Below, piece after piece: positions 39,680-52,530 of a stretch of DNA of 64,000 nucleotides. Under the pieces are notes generated by a model. It searched no databases. It was not told the origin of the DNA and saw only the letters and a program-made list of their open reading frames with translations. Origin of the DNA: Eledone cirrhosa (Eukaryota); NCBI GenBank assembly GCA_964016885.1, contig OZ024757.1:21018001-21082000 (forward strand). The letters are read 5' to 3'. Both the position numbers and the translations under genes were made by a program. Each line of letters opens with the position of its first letter. Positions within the stretch are counted from its first letter, which is position 1.

Positions 39680-40603
39680 TCCACCACTACTACTACCACT
39701 ACTACTACTAATACCACTACTACTACTATTATTACTACTGCTACTAGTACTACTACTACTTCTACCACTGCTACTACTACCATCACTATTACTACTACCG
39801 CTACTACTACTACCATCAATACTACTACCACCACTACTGCTATTAACATAACTGCTACCATTACCACTACTACTACTATCACTACTACTACTACCAGCAG
39901 CGCCACCACTACCAGCACCACCACCACCACTATAAACACTACCACCACCACTACCACCACTGCCACCACAACAACGACTACCACCACCACAACCACCACT
40001 ACCACCACTATCAACACTACCACCACCACTACTACAATTACCACAACCACCACCACTACCATCACCACCACAACCACCACTACTACCATCACAACCACCA
40101 CCACCACCACTACTATTACCACCACCACCACTACCGCCACCACAACCACCACCAATACCATCACCACCACCACCACTACTACTATTACCACCACTACCAC
40201 CATCACAACCACCACTACCACCACCACCACCACTACTATTACCAGAAACACCACCACCACCTCCACCACTACTATTACCACAACCACCACTACCACCACT
40301 ACTATTACCACCACCACCACCACCACTATTACCACCACCACCACTACCGCCACCACAACCACCACCACTACTACTATTACCACCACTGCCACCATCACAA
40401 CCACCACTACCACCACCATCACCACTACTATTACCAGAAACACCACCACCACCACCACCACTACTATTACCACAACCACCACCACCACCACCACTATTAC
40501 CACCACCACCACCACCACTATTACCACAACCACCACCACCACTACTATTACCACAACCACCACCACCACCAACAACAACAACACTATCACTACTACAACT
40601 ACT
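39680..40603. repeat. Degenerate (CAC/TAC)n tract
   Basis: Direct reading. Confidence 0.9.
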
Positions 40604-40693
40604 AATGCATCATTAATCATAATATTTGCAGTAAGAGTAATGGGGATGATAATGATGATGATGATGATGATGTTATGTTGATCTTATATTAAT

Positions 40694-40724
<31 letters not shown>

Positions 40725-40903
40725 ATGGCGACGGTGATGATGATGATGGTGACGGTGACGGTGATATGTTGATGATGATGATGATGCTAATAAGTAGCTA
40801 AATATATAAAGCTGTTGTGTAAGATGTAAAAACCACTGAGTATTGCCTAAAGTTGTAGAAGAGTTGATTTGAGAGATATACTTAGTCACGGGTTACAGCA
40901 GAA

Positions 40904-40947
<44 letters not shown>

Positions 40948-41143
40948 TATATATATAAATGTAGGTATATATAGTATTAAGGATACTATTTATGGTTATA
41001 CATAAAAAAAACCTTTTGTAGTTATATATATTTTTACAAACCCTAAATAGGGATAGGCAGTAATATATTACTACCTTATTACCAGTAAGTTACATAGCTC
41101 AATGTAATAACATGAGTTGTTTTACAGAGCAGTTATATATAAA

Positions 41144-41201
<58 letters not shown>

Positions 41202-41289
41202 TATATATATATATATACTATATATATATATATATAGTAATAATAATAAATTTGAAGACTAAAATCCAAAGAGGGAATCTGTTATTTTA

Positions 41290-41332
<43 letters not shown>

Positions 41333-41333
41333 A

Positions 41334-41679
41334 TGGAGGCACATGGCTTAGTGGTTAGAGCATTGGCCTTGCAATCGAAAGGTTGTGAGTTCAATTCTCA
41401 GACCAGGTGATGTGTTGTTTCCTTGAGCAAGACACTTTATTTCACATTGCTCCAGTTTACTCAGCTGCAAAGTGGACGTGGTGGAGCCACAGCATAAAAG
41501 CACCCAGCACTCACTGTAAATGAGGTTGGTGTTAGGAAGGTCATCCAGCTGTAGAAATCAAGCCAGAATCAGTTCCCGTATGAGCAAGACAAGGTCCGCC
41601 GACTGGACACTGCTCCCAACGGAACAACCTGTCTAACCCATGCTAGCGTGGAAGAACGGGCGTAAAACGGTGGTGATGA
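41334..41679 (+). mobile_element. CORE-type SINE variant with alternative RTE tail and internal deletion
   Basis: Lacks the gatagggac/gtccctatc hairpin and ends with the ccatgctagcgtggaagaacgg tail. Confidence 0.75.
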
Positions 41680-41904
41680 TATATAAGTGGAATCTTAGTA
41701 AAATCGAAGCTTCGGCTGTGGCCAAGCAAAGTCGACCTACAATTAGGAATGAGTAGCAAAGCACTCAATAAGGGTAGGTCCTTAGAGTAATAACATACCT
41801 TTAGATAGCTTGACAAATTGAAAATTGCGGCAGGCAAAACCCAACCATACAATACCAAAACAATGAAAAAACTAATCACATATATATATATATATAGATA
41901 TATA

Positions 41905-42797
41905 CAGGGTGTGGACGATATTTGTTCGCAATTTTCAACTGCTAATTTTATGCAAATATTTTTTACTTCCATTGTCACTCTTGTCTTCATAAAAACAGTG
42001 ACTATATTTCCATTATTTATTTTCAGAATAATTGATTATGAATAATTTTGAACCTCCAAATTTGTGGAAGAAACACCGAGTTCTTCTTGGAATCCGCGCC
42101 GGGAGGACAAATAAGGACCAGAAGATCAACTCCCAGAACAACAGGTGGCTCACTGTCTCATCCAAAGACGTGCCCTGAGTCATGCAGACAAAGTTTCCAG
42201 CGACAACATTAGTCTTAGGTGTCATCAGCAGTCAAGGTGATGTCATTCCACCTCACTTTTTCCCTGAGGGCCTCAAGTTGAACACCGATGGCTACATCCG
42301 CGTTCTGAGCGAGGTAGTAAAGCCCTGGATCGACCAGGTAGCTGCAGGTAGGCTGTACGTGTGGCAGCAAGACTCAGCGCCCTGCCATACTAGCCGAAAG
42401 ACCCAAGCCTGGCTGTCAGAGAACTTCGTCGACCACACTTCACCTGACATCTGGCCTCCTCGCTCGCCTGACTGCAACCCCCTCGACATCTTTGTGTGGG
42501 GCGCAGTGGAACAAGACACAAACAGATCTAGCTGCAATACGAAAGACGATCTGAAGGCCAGGATCACAAGTGCCTTTAGGGGCCAAAGTCGGGAGACAGC
42601 GATGAAGGCCTGTAGCCGGTTCCGAGGCCGCCTTGAGGCCGTCATCAAAGCCAATGGCGGGTTTATCGAGTGAGATCTAAAGAACAAGTCATGAAGACAA
42701 ACTGACCCAAGTTTGATAAGTATATCTTAAAAACTAAAACTACTGTGTTACTTTTTCCTAGACAGTAATCTTGTGAACAAATATCATCCACACCCTG
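41905..42797 (+). mobile_element. Internally deleted Tc1/mariner DNA transposon, DD37D (maT) family
   Basis: TIRs cagggtgtggacgatatttgttcgcaa and ttgtgaacaaatatcatccacaccctg, flanked by TA. ORF 42182-42673 contains WQQD-SAPCH...WPPRSPDCNPL-D with 37 residues between the two aspartates. The N-terminal DNA-binding region is missing. Confidence 0.9.
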
Positions 42798-42799
42798 TA

Positions 42800-42848
<49 letters not shown>

Positions 42849-42854
42849 CAAAAA

Positions 42855-42972
42855 GTGCAGAAGACGCAGTAGAGGAAGGCCACGGAAAACAGGGGCGGAC
42901 GTGGTGAGAGCTGACCTCAGATCACTGAAGCTCACAGAGGAGATGACAAAGGACCGTGATGAATGGAGAGAT
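42855..42972 (+). mobile_element. RTE LINE small fragment
   Basis: [24 protein letters not shown]. Confidence 0.65.
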
Positions 42973-43037
42973 TCGGCTTCAGTTCGAATCCAGCTGTTGA
43001 AATGGACGGAGCTCAGCCGTCGGGGTCCCGAATATTT

Positions 43038-43072
<35 letters not shown>

Positions 43073-43189
43073 ATGATATCAATAATATATATATATATAT
43101 ATATATCAATGATATTAATAAGATATATATATATAAAATGGCGTAGGATAGAAGAAAGGAAAGGCACAGAAACGAAGAAAGAAATCCCC

Positions 43190-43234
43190 AGTCACTGAAG
43201 AGGTCACAGAGTGTGTGACGAAAGAACTATGACT
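43190..43234 (+). ncRNA. Degenerate minimal hammerhead motif
   Basis: AGUCA-CUGAAGA-G-GUCACA(GAGUG)UGUGAC-GAAA-GAAC-UA-UGACU. Stem I is perfect; stem III is very short. Confidence 0.5.
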
Positions 43235-43447
43235 ATATATATATAAACAACTATCTGGTTGTGGAACCAACCAACCAACCAGAAATTTATAAATTTGTAA
43301 ATTTATAAATATATATTAAATTAAATTGAAGTGAAAGCAACTGGTGCGTGTGTTTCTTATTGGCAACATGACCCTCCCAAAGTATAACAATATCGGTTTC
43401 AACACACGATTTCAGATAAAGAATCTTGCTAAACAAATTCAGAAACG

Positions 43448-43494
<47 letters not shown>

Positions 43495-43837
43495 CAGAGA
43501 GAGAGATACATAGAGTGAGGAAGGAAAGAAATAATATACAAAATATAGAACTGAATATTTAGACAAAGAAAGCTCCAGACAGAGATGATTTCCCCCCCCC
43601 CCCCCCCCCACCTCAATATATAGGGGGGGGGGGTAGCTACCTCATGAAACAAAGAAATGATGTGTCTAGAAGTAATTGGAAATTGGAGAGAGATATATAG
43701 GGGAATAAATCGGGGAAACATATACATATATACACACACATATATATATACACACACACGTACATACACAAACATACATATTTTTATCTTGAAACAAAAG
43801 AAACAGAACTGTGTACCTTCTCTCTCTCTCTCTCTCT

Positions 43838-43892
<55 letters not shown>

Positions 43893-43968
43893 TATCATCA
43901 TCATCATTTTACGTTTGCTTTTCCCTGCTTGCAAGGGTGGGACGGGTCTTATTCAGCACAGCATCTCT

Positions 43969-43986
43969 CATATATATATATATATT

Positions 43987-44032
<46 letters not shown>

Positions 44033-44104
44033 GTATATTATATATATATATATATTATATATATATATATATTATATATATATATATATTATATTATATA
44101 TATA

Positions 44105-44147
<43 letters not shown>

Positions 44148-44168
44148 ATTATATATATATTATATATT

Positions 44169-44212
<44 letters not shown>

Positions 44213-44395
44213 ATATATATATTATATATATATATTATATATATATATATTATATATATATATATATTATATATATATATATTATATATATATATATATT
44301 ATATATATATATATATATATATTATATATTTATATATTATATATATATATATTATATATATATATATATTATATATATTATATATATATATATAT
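43969..44395. repeat. ~430-bp pure A/T (TA)n tract
   Basis: Direct reading. Confidence 0.95.
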
Positions 44396-44537
44396 ACACA
44401 CACACTCACATGATTACAAACATACCTCGGTTCTTTGTTTGAATATATATATAGATACATACTGATTTAGATATTGATTCTTTGTTTGGGTGAGAAACAG
44501 AGATTGATAGATGCTTAGAATTATATATATATGTATA

Positions 44538-45148
44538 CTAGACCACCTGTGACCCGTCATATCTTTTTTATCGTATTCACTTGAAAATAATTTTTAAATA
44601 ATTAAAATATACACAGACATATAAGGTAAAATGGAAGGTCATTCTCACTTAAGAATATTTTTTAAATATGCCAAAACATATTTTTTTAATCGTATTCACT
44701 TGAAAATAATTTTTAAAAAAATTAAAATATTGTCTGTGTATAGAAAGCTAAAATATAAATAATTACTGTACCAACAACTTGTATTTTCGAAATCACATTC
44801 ACTTTAAAATATTTCTAAATAATTAAAATATTCTGCTTAACAAAAGTAAAATATAAACATTTACTGTAAAAACAACTCGTATTTTTGAAATAATGTTCAC
44901 TGACAAATCACTGAAAAAAATTGTTTTAACGTATTTTTAAAATCCTATTCACTTTAAAATATTTTTTGAATAATGAAAATATTATCTATGTCCGATTTAT
45001 GCCAAACTTGTTTTGTTCCGTTTGTATTCCCATTTCAGGGTTATTTAACTTTCGGAGTATTTTCCCATTATGTGCCCTTTTGGCTGCATTGCACATTACA
45101 TTACAGACAAGCAAACAAGCAATCAATCAGAAAGTTTTAGTATTATAT
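44538..45148 (-). mobile_element. Probable non-autonomous Helitron with internal ~60-bp AT-rich subrepeats
   Basis: actag...gacccgtc terminus, repeated attcactt..aaat units, and an acagacaagcaaac...ttttagtattatat end like the 10 kb element. Confidence 0.5.
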
Positions 45149-46133
45149 GAGCGAGACATGGTCACCCGACCAACCTTGCCTCAAGTGGGACAACTCCCGT
45201 CTAGCCCATCCTAGCGTGGAAGATGGACGTTAATCGAAGATGATGATGATATAGCATATAGACAGTATTCCAACAACCAGCTCCCACTGTAAAGTGGTCG
45301 TAAATGAGGTTGGTGTTAAGAAGGGCATCCAGCTGTAGAAATCAAGCCAGAATCAGTTCCGTATGAGCAAGACAAGGTCACCCGACCCGGCATTACCGAC
45401 TAACCCATGCTAGCGTGGATGAATGGATGTAAAACGGTGATGATGATGATATATATGGAGAGAGTTTGATAAATAGAAACATGAAACTCAAATACTTGAG
45501 TAAATATCATTTGTTGCTGATATTTTGCTTAAAAAGTTGGTCAGTGTGGATGTACAGCCTGACTTTCTATATTTATCTATATATATATATAAAACGAAGG
45601 AAGTGTGGTAAGGAACCAGGTGGACCATAACGCACTAGAGTACTCGATACCATGGGTAGTAGAGTGGGGAATAGGAAAAGAGTCAGGACCGCAACAAATG
45701 AGCTCCAGTCGTTTCGACAGCTATTTCAGAAATAGCTGTCAAAACGGTCAGAGATCAGCCGTCTTCTAGCCACTCATTTCTGTCCTTTGAGGTAAATTCT
45801 ACCCAATGGCGCCATTGACGGCATTTTACTGTTTTAACAGCTATTCTTGCGTTGAATTTTTCACATTATTCTATGAATTCTAATATATATATTAGAAGAG
45901 GAAAGCACGATCCAGAGAGGAATGGGCGGCGTGTTGTGACCAGCACCGCCAAATGGGCACCCGACAGACTGGTCGGTCAAGGTGATCAAGGTGATATATA
46001 TAAGCAAAGGGATATTTAATTTGTTGGTAATTCAACAAATTTATTTATAACAGATTCGAAGCACTCGACAAGTTTTCTGGAGTATAATATCAATGACATT
46101 AATAAATGGAAACTATATTTATAAAACCATATT

Positions 46134-46194
46134 TATTCTATTATATATATTTCAAGGGTACCAAAACTTTGGTACGCTCTCATCAGATAAAATA
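46134..46194 (-). ncRNA. Type I minimal hammerhead ribozyme motif
   Basis: UAUUUUAU-CUGAUGA-GAGCGUACCA(AAGUUU)UGGUACCCUU-GAAA-U(AUAU)A-UA-AUAGAAUA. Confidence 0.72.
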
Positions 46195-46223
46195 CAAAGT
46201 TTGTATTTATAAAACAAACTTTG

Positions 46224-46284
46224 TAATTTATCTGACGAGAGTGTACCAAAGTTTTGATACCCTTGAAATACATATAATAGAATA
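46224..46284 (+). ncRNA. Type I minimal hammerhead ribozyme motif
   Basis: CUGACGA at 46232, imperfect stem II, GAAA at 46265, then U(ACAU)A-UA-AUAG. Confidence 0.65.
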
Positions 46285-46325
46285 AATATGGTTTTATAAA
46301 TATAGTTTCCATTTATTAATATCAT

Positions 46326-46377
<52 letters not shown>

Positions 46378-46699
46378 ATATATATATATATTAAAGCTGG
46401 TACAATGCAGTAAAAAAATACAAAGGATAAATCAAACAAAACAAAAACAAAATGTATTTTTATACTGCCATCTATCGGCTTTAAAAAACAAAACTCATAA
46501 TTCTTTTACTACATATCTCATATTTTACTACATATCTACACAATTATATATATATATATATATATGTGTATGTGTGTGTGCGTGTATACGTTAGTAAAAT
46601 ATATGTATACATTTTTACATATAAATACACACACACATATATCCTTTAAACATGTGTTTTGTGTTTATATGCCCACATCAATATATCTACACACACATA

Positions 46700-46998
46700 T
46701 CATCATCATCATCATCATTTTACGTCCACTTTTCCCTGCTTGCAAGGGTGGGACGGGAACTGATTCTGGCTTGATTTCTACAGCTGGATGCCCTTCCTAA
46801 CACCAACCTCATTTACAGTGAGTGCTGGGTGCTTTTTTGCTGTGGCACCTCCACGACCACTTTGCAGCTGAGTAAACTGGAGCAATGTGAAATAAAGTGT
46901 CTTGCTCAAGGAAACAACACATCACCTGGTCTGAGAATTGAACTCACAACCTTTCGATTGCAAGGCCAATGCTCTAACCACTAAGCCATGTGCCTCCA
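46700..46998 (-). mobile_element. CORE-type SINE variant with the same internal deletion
   Basis: Shares the cagctgcaaagtgg junction with the 41334 copy but has the cccttgcaagcaggg tail. Confidence 0.75.
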
Positions 46999-46999
46999 T

Positions 47000-47053
<54 letters not shown>

Positions 47054-47472
47054 CGCACATGTCTAAGTGTATTTTCACCTTCACTCAGAAGTAGCAACTG
47101 AAGCTTTTGGAGAATTCTCTTTCTTATCGATCTGAAGAAGATACATTTCTTTCAGGAGCTCCCCTCCCCTTTCCCTCATTCAATAAAGTCAGATTAAAGT
47201 CCAATTTGCTCTGCATACCTACTAGTAATATAATTTACTCATAGCTGATAGTGATGGCTGTGTAAAATAGGAAAATGAATTAAGTGTCATCTCATGTCAT
47301 TAATTTTATCTGGAAATAAACACGGTATGGCGATAAATATATTTCATCTTCCGTTTGGATGTGCGGGAGATATCAGATAGAATCGTTCTGGAAAACCATC
47401 TCGAAAATGATCAAATATCTGAATATAAGGTTATCACATTCATTGGAGCACTTTTGGTTGATATACACCTGT

Positions 47473-47507
<35 letters not shown>

Positions 47508-47648
47508 TATCCACACAAACACATATGTATGTATCGCTCTCTCTCTCTCTTTATATATGTGTGTATGTGTGTATATATATATATGTGTGTGTGTATGTGT
47601 ATATATATATGTGTGTGTGTGTGTATATATATATGTGTGTGTGTGTGT

Positions 47649-47680
<32 letters not shown>

Positions 47681-47686
47681 TTGTGT

Positions 47687-47736
<50 letters not shown>

Positions 47737-47781
47737 ACATATATATATGTGTGTGTGTGTGTGTGTGAATGTGTGTGTTTG

Positions 47782-47818
<37 letters not shown>

Positions 47819-47961
47819 AGTATATGTTGGTTGTATACCGACACCTCAGTATGCAGATTGGAGCACTCGACGAAGTGCGCAGGTTGGTTTGGTTACTCCG
47901 GAGTAATGTAAAATAAAATAAAATAAATAAGTCAAATGTTTAAAATTTAGCTTCGTTTATT

Positions 47962-48018
47962 ACTGCTATATATATATTTCGGTGACAGCCATCTTTGGCT
48001 GTGACCTCTTCAGGCAGT
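47962..48018 (-). ncRNA. Type I hammerhead ribozyme motif (Penelope-like)
   Basis: ACUGC-CUGAAGA-GGUCACAGCC(AAAGAU)GGCUGUCACC-GAAA-UAUAUAUA-UA-GCAGU, followed by AAUAAA. Confidence 0.8.
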
Positions 48019-48268
48019 CCGAATTAGTGTGGTATAGACAAGTACATATGTTGTTGATGTTTGGGTTGTTATTTCACTGAGGAACTGGAATCATATGAAT
48101 TCAAACAAACAAATTTCAGTGTCAAAGGGCCTCTTCTCCTCTCATTGGTCAGTTGTTAGAATATTCCTCAGTGAAATAACAACCCAACCAGGAACTGGGC
48201 ATATCAGAGTATTGACAAAGTTAAACACCTCAACAACATGTGTACCCGTCTCTACCACACTAATTCGG

Positions 48269-48330
48269 ACTGCCTGAAGAGGTCACCGGTCACAGCCAAA
48301 GATGGCTGTCACCGAAATATATATAGCAGT
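48269..48330 (+). ncRNA. Type I minimal hammerhead ribozyme motif (Penelope-like)
   Basis: ACUGC-CUGAAGA-stem II (with a 7-nt duplication)-GAAA-U(AUAU)A-UA-GCAGU. Confidence 0.75.
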
Positions 48331-48404
48331 AATAAACGAAGCCAAATTTTAAACATTTGACTTATTTATTTTATTTTATTTTATATATATATATACATAT
48401 ATAC

Positions 48405-48755
48405 ATGGAGGCACATGGCTTAGTGGTTAGAGCATTGGCCTTGCAATCGAATGGTTGTGAGTTCAATTCTCAGACCGGGTGGTGTGTTGTTTCCTTGAGC
48501 AAGACACTTTATTTCACATTGCTCCAGTTTACTCAGCTGTAGAAATGAGATGATAGGGACTGGGGCCCCTATCATTCCACTGCAAAGTGGTCGTGGAGGT
48601 GCCACGGCAAAAAAGCACCCAGCACTCACTGTAAAATGAGGTTGGTGTTAGGAAGGGCATCCAGCTGTAGAAATCAAGCCAGAATCAGTTCCTGTCCCAC
48701 CCTTGCAAGCAGGGAAAAGCGGACGTAAAATGATGATGATGATGATGATGATGAT
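48405..48755 (+). mobile_element. CORE-type SINE (RTE tail)
   Basis: Full-length copy of the family. Confidence 0.8.
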
Positions 48756-49002
48756 CCATACATGAGCATCTACACATGTTTGTATACCCTCGTATACGCA
48801 CACATACAAACGTGTGTGATTTTCCTTGCCTGTACACTGACCAATCTATTCATATGTTTATTAAAATGTCTTCACTCCTCTATATATTACACCTAAACAC
48901 ACCAACACGTATACATACCTTTAAATATACACACTTGCAACAGCCACACATACCCTTATATGTACACTGTTGCAACAGCCAGTAACATTCACTAGCATAT
49001 GT

Positions 49003-49937
49003 GTGTATATACATCTACATATATACACACATGCTTCGTGTTATATACATCTTCATATATACACATGCTTCGTGTTATATACATCTACATATATACACAC
49101 ATGCTTCGTGTTATATACATCTCCATATATACACACATGCTTCGTGTTATATACATCTACATATATACACACATGCTTCGTGTTATATACATCTTCATAT
49201 ATACACACATGCTTCGTGTTATATACATCTTCATATATACACACATGCTTCGTGTTATATACATCTACATATATACACACATGCTTCGTGTTATATACAT
49301 CTCCATATATACACACATGCTTCGTGTTATATACATCTACATATATACACACATGCTTCGTGTTATATACATCTTCATATATACACACATGCTTCGTGTT
49401 ATATACATCTTCATATATACACACATGCTTCGTGTTATATACATCTTCATATATACACACATGCTTCGTGTTATATACATCTACATATATACACACATGC
49501 TTCGTGTTATATACATCTTCATATATACACACATGCTTCGTGTTATATACATCTCCATATATACACACATGCTTCGTGTTATATACATCTACATATATAC
49601 ACACATGCTTCGTGTTATATACATCTTCATATATACACACATGCTTCGTGTTATATACATCTTCATATATACACACATGCTTCGTGTTATATACATCTTC
49701 ATATATACACACATGCTTCGTGTTATATACATCTTCATATATACACACATGCTTCGTGTTATATACATCTACATATATACACACATGCTTCGTGTTATAT
49801 ACATCTTCATATATACACACATGCTTCGTGTTATATACATCTTCATATATACACATGCTTCGTGTTATATACATCTACATATATACACACATGCTTCATG
49901 TTATATACATCTACATATTTACACACATGCTTCGTGT
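49003..49937. repeat. Homogeneous 36-bp minisatellite, ~26 copies
   Basis: Unit atatacacacatgcttcgtgttatatacatctHcat. Confidence 0.95.
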
Positions 49938-50226
49938 CAGTCATTCTGACACTAGCGACACACAACCATGTAGATTTCTCTCTGACAATCTCCAAAATTC
50001 CTTCAGGGGAACCCCCTTCCGCCCCCTTCTTCCAATGATGGATGAGAAATCTGAAATATAGGGACCAATAAATCGATTCCAAGGTAACTTCATCTCTGGT
50101 TTTCTTCTCATTTTACATTTCATTTTCCTATTTCCTCCTTTCCTTTCTTATCCCCATTCTTCCTACCACCACCTGATTTTGTTGCCCGGGGATTTACTTA
50201 TCCACTACGTAGAGGCTTCCAAAACT

Positions 50227-50274
<48 letters not shown>

Positions 50275-50442
50275 AATAGGGTGCATAGGGCAAAGACACT
50301 GGAAGACAGACTGTCCCATCTTCTCAGTCAATCTCTGGAAATCATTATAGTTTTGGTGAATTAAGGTCAATATCATTCGTGCAAAATGTGAACAGAAATA
50401 TCAAAGCAAATGACACAGTTCAGTGAAGAAATATGAAGGTTT

Positions 50443-51615
50443 ATGCTTGTTATCCTGATGCTGAGGAGGATATTAGAGGGAGCTAGAGCAAAGTGCCTTC
50501 CTGCGGTCATGGTTTTCATTGACTTTAGGAAGGCCTTTGATTCTGTGGACCGTTACTGCCTGATGAAGATCTTACAGGCTTATGGAATCCCCAAGAGGAT
50601 AGTGGACCTGATATCACTGCTCTACACCAACACCAAAGCCCAAGTCATTACACCTGATGGGATGACAGAGTTCTTTAAGATACTGGCTGGAGTGCTCCAG
50701 GGAGATACATTGGCTCCCTACCTTTTTATCATCGTAGTGGACTATTGTATGCGCCTTGCACTGGAGAAACACCAGGACACTGGCTTTACTGTAGCACCAG
50801 CTCAGAGCAGGAGAGTTGGGGCGAAAAAGGTATCGGATGCTGAATTTGCCGACGACATAGTTTTGGTGACAAATACAGTGAAGGAGGCAGAGGATTTGAT
50901 GCGGGAGGTTGAGACTGTGTTGATGAGTGTGGGGCTGAGAATGAATGAGACTAAAACAAAATATCTGGTTGAGAATGTTGAGAAGCCAGAGGGGATCACT
51001 AATGTAGGCGGGAAGCCGCTGGAATTGGTTGAGGACTTCCTGTATTTGGGAGCAAAGATTGGGAATACGGAAGATGATGTGGTTGAGAGGAAGAGCAAGG
51101 CCTGGGCGGCGTGTCACAGCTTGAGATCGGTGTGGAAGTCAGACCTTCGTAGAGACCTGAAAATCCGCCTCTTCATTGCTGTAGTGGAGTCTGTGCTGCT
51201 GTATGGGTCTGAGACTTGGACACTGACCAAGAGACTCACTCAGATGGTGGATGGGTGCTACACGAGAATGCTGAGGATGGCTCTGAACATTAATCAGTAT
51301 ACACTGAGGATGAAAAACTCAGAGCTGTATGGGAGCATCCCAAAAGTCAGCTCAAAAGTGACACAGAGGAGACTGAGGTTGGCTGGACATGCTCACCGAC
51401 ATCCAGAGTTGACATTGCACTCAGTGCTCCTTTGGGAGCCCCTACATGGACACACTAGAAGAGGAAGACCAAGGTTAACATATGTTGATGCCCTAAGGAC
51501 AGACACTGGTCTGTTGGAGATGCAGGATATGGCAGCGATAATGAGGGACAGAGACCGCTGGAGAGAACTCGTCCATGGATCTCGGGAATTTTACCCGCCT
51601 TAGATAGATAGATAG
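50443..51615 (+). mobile_element. 5'-truncated RTE-like non-LTR retrotransposon (second family), RT plus C-terminus, (TAGA)n tail
   Basis: 386-aa ORF with FIDFRKAFDSV, GVLQGDTLAPYLF, EFADD, LLYGSETW, RRLRLAGH and RRGRP. The stop codon runs directly into tagatagatagatag. Confidence 0.9.
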
Positions 51616-52105
51616 CAGGAAAAGAGTCTTAACGTTTCGGATGCTAGTCCTTCACCAGAAAATAGAATGAGAAATTAAAGAAGAAAAGGAGGTCTGTTCA
51701 GGTCACCATATATATGTATACACAGTCGAGAAAACTATATATTCTCGCCTGTTTTCAAAGTCCAGCAGTTGCAAGAGCGAGAGGGGTCGTTTTGATGAGA
51801 GCCAGTTCTGTTTGAAATGCATTAACGATTGTCCCCCTTGCTTCTGCTGGACACCATCAGGTGGCGATAGCTGCCAGTGTTTTTGCATAGCTACGGCTTT
51901 CTAAATGTTTATTTATAAACATGCCGTATTTCTTTAGAAATATGAAATTCCAATATATATAGCTACGCTTGAAGTTAAATTCTAATTCTATTCTCTCTCT
52001 CTCTCTATATATATGTATATATATATTTGTGCCAGCAATTGCAACTGGTAGACAGTAACAGCAAATGGAAAGACCAATTGGTCTGATCTGATGAGTTCCA
52101 CCTCA

Positions 52106-52530
52106 CTCATCATCATCATCACCGTTTTACGTCCGTTCTTCCACGCTAGCATGGGTTAGACGGGTTGTCCTGTTGTGGGCAGTGTCTGGTCGGCTGACCA
52201 TGCCTTGCTCATACAGGAACTGATTTGGCTTGATTTCTACAGCTGGATGCCCTTCCTAACACCAACCTCATTTACAGTGAGTGCTGGGTGCTTTTTCGTG
52301 GTGCCCACACGTCCACTTTACAGTGTGGGCTGGGTGCTTTTTTGCCGTGGCACCTCCACGACCACCTTGAGGTGGAGGGTGTGGGGACATATTGTCTATA
52401 TGCTTCAGCTTGTACCCATGGAAGGTCGGGTACTCTGTATTACTGCGTGACGCCAGAGGTCACGGTCATGTGTGTCATTGCCTTTGAGAGGTGTAATTGG
52501 GTAAGGTCGGCTTTTATCACCTCATCCCTC
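52106..52530 (-). mobile_element. RTE LINE 3' fragment nearly identical to the end of the 58.4-60.7 kb element
   Basis: Matches 58410-58830; a related plus-strand copy lies at 22588-22953. Confidence 0.82.

Noticed and set aside
47213-47240. ATG followed by a gtatgc donor on the minus strand
   Set aside because: In-frame TAG TAG before the donor and no other support.
48970-50061. Three overlapping ORFs of 316-363 aa; 36-bp periodicity resembling a CRISPR array
   Set aside because: Pure tandem repeat with no unique spacers, no cas genes and a eukaryotic context.
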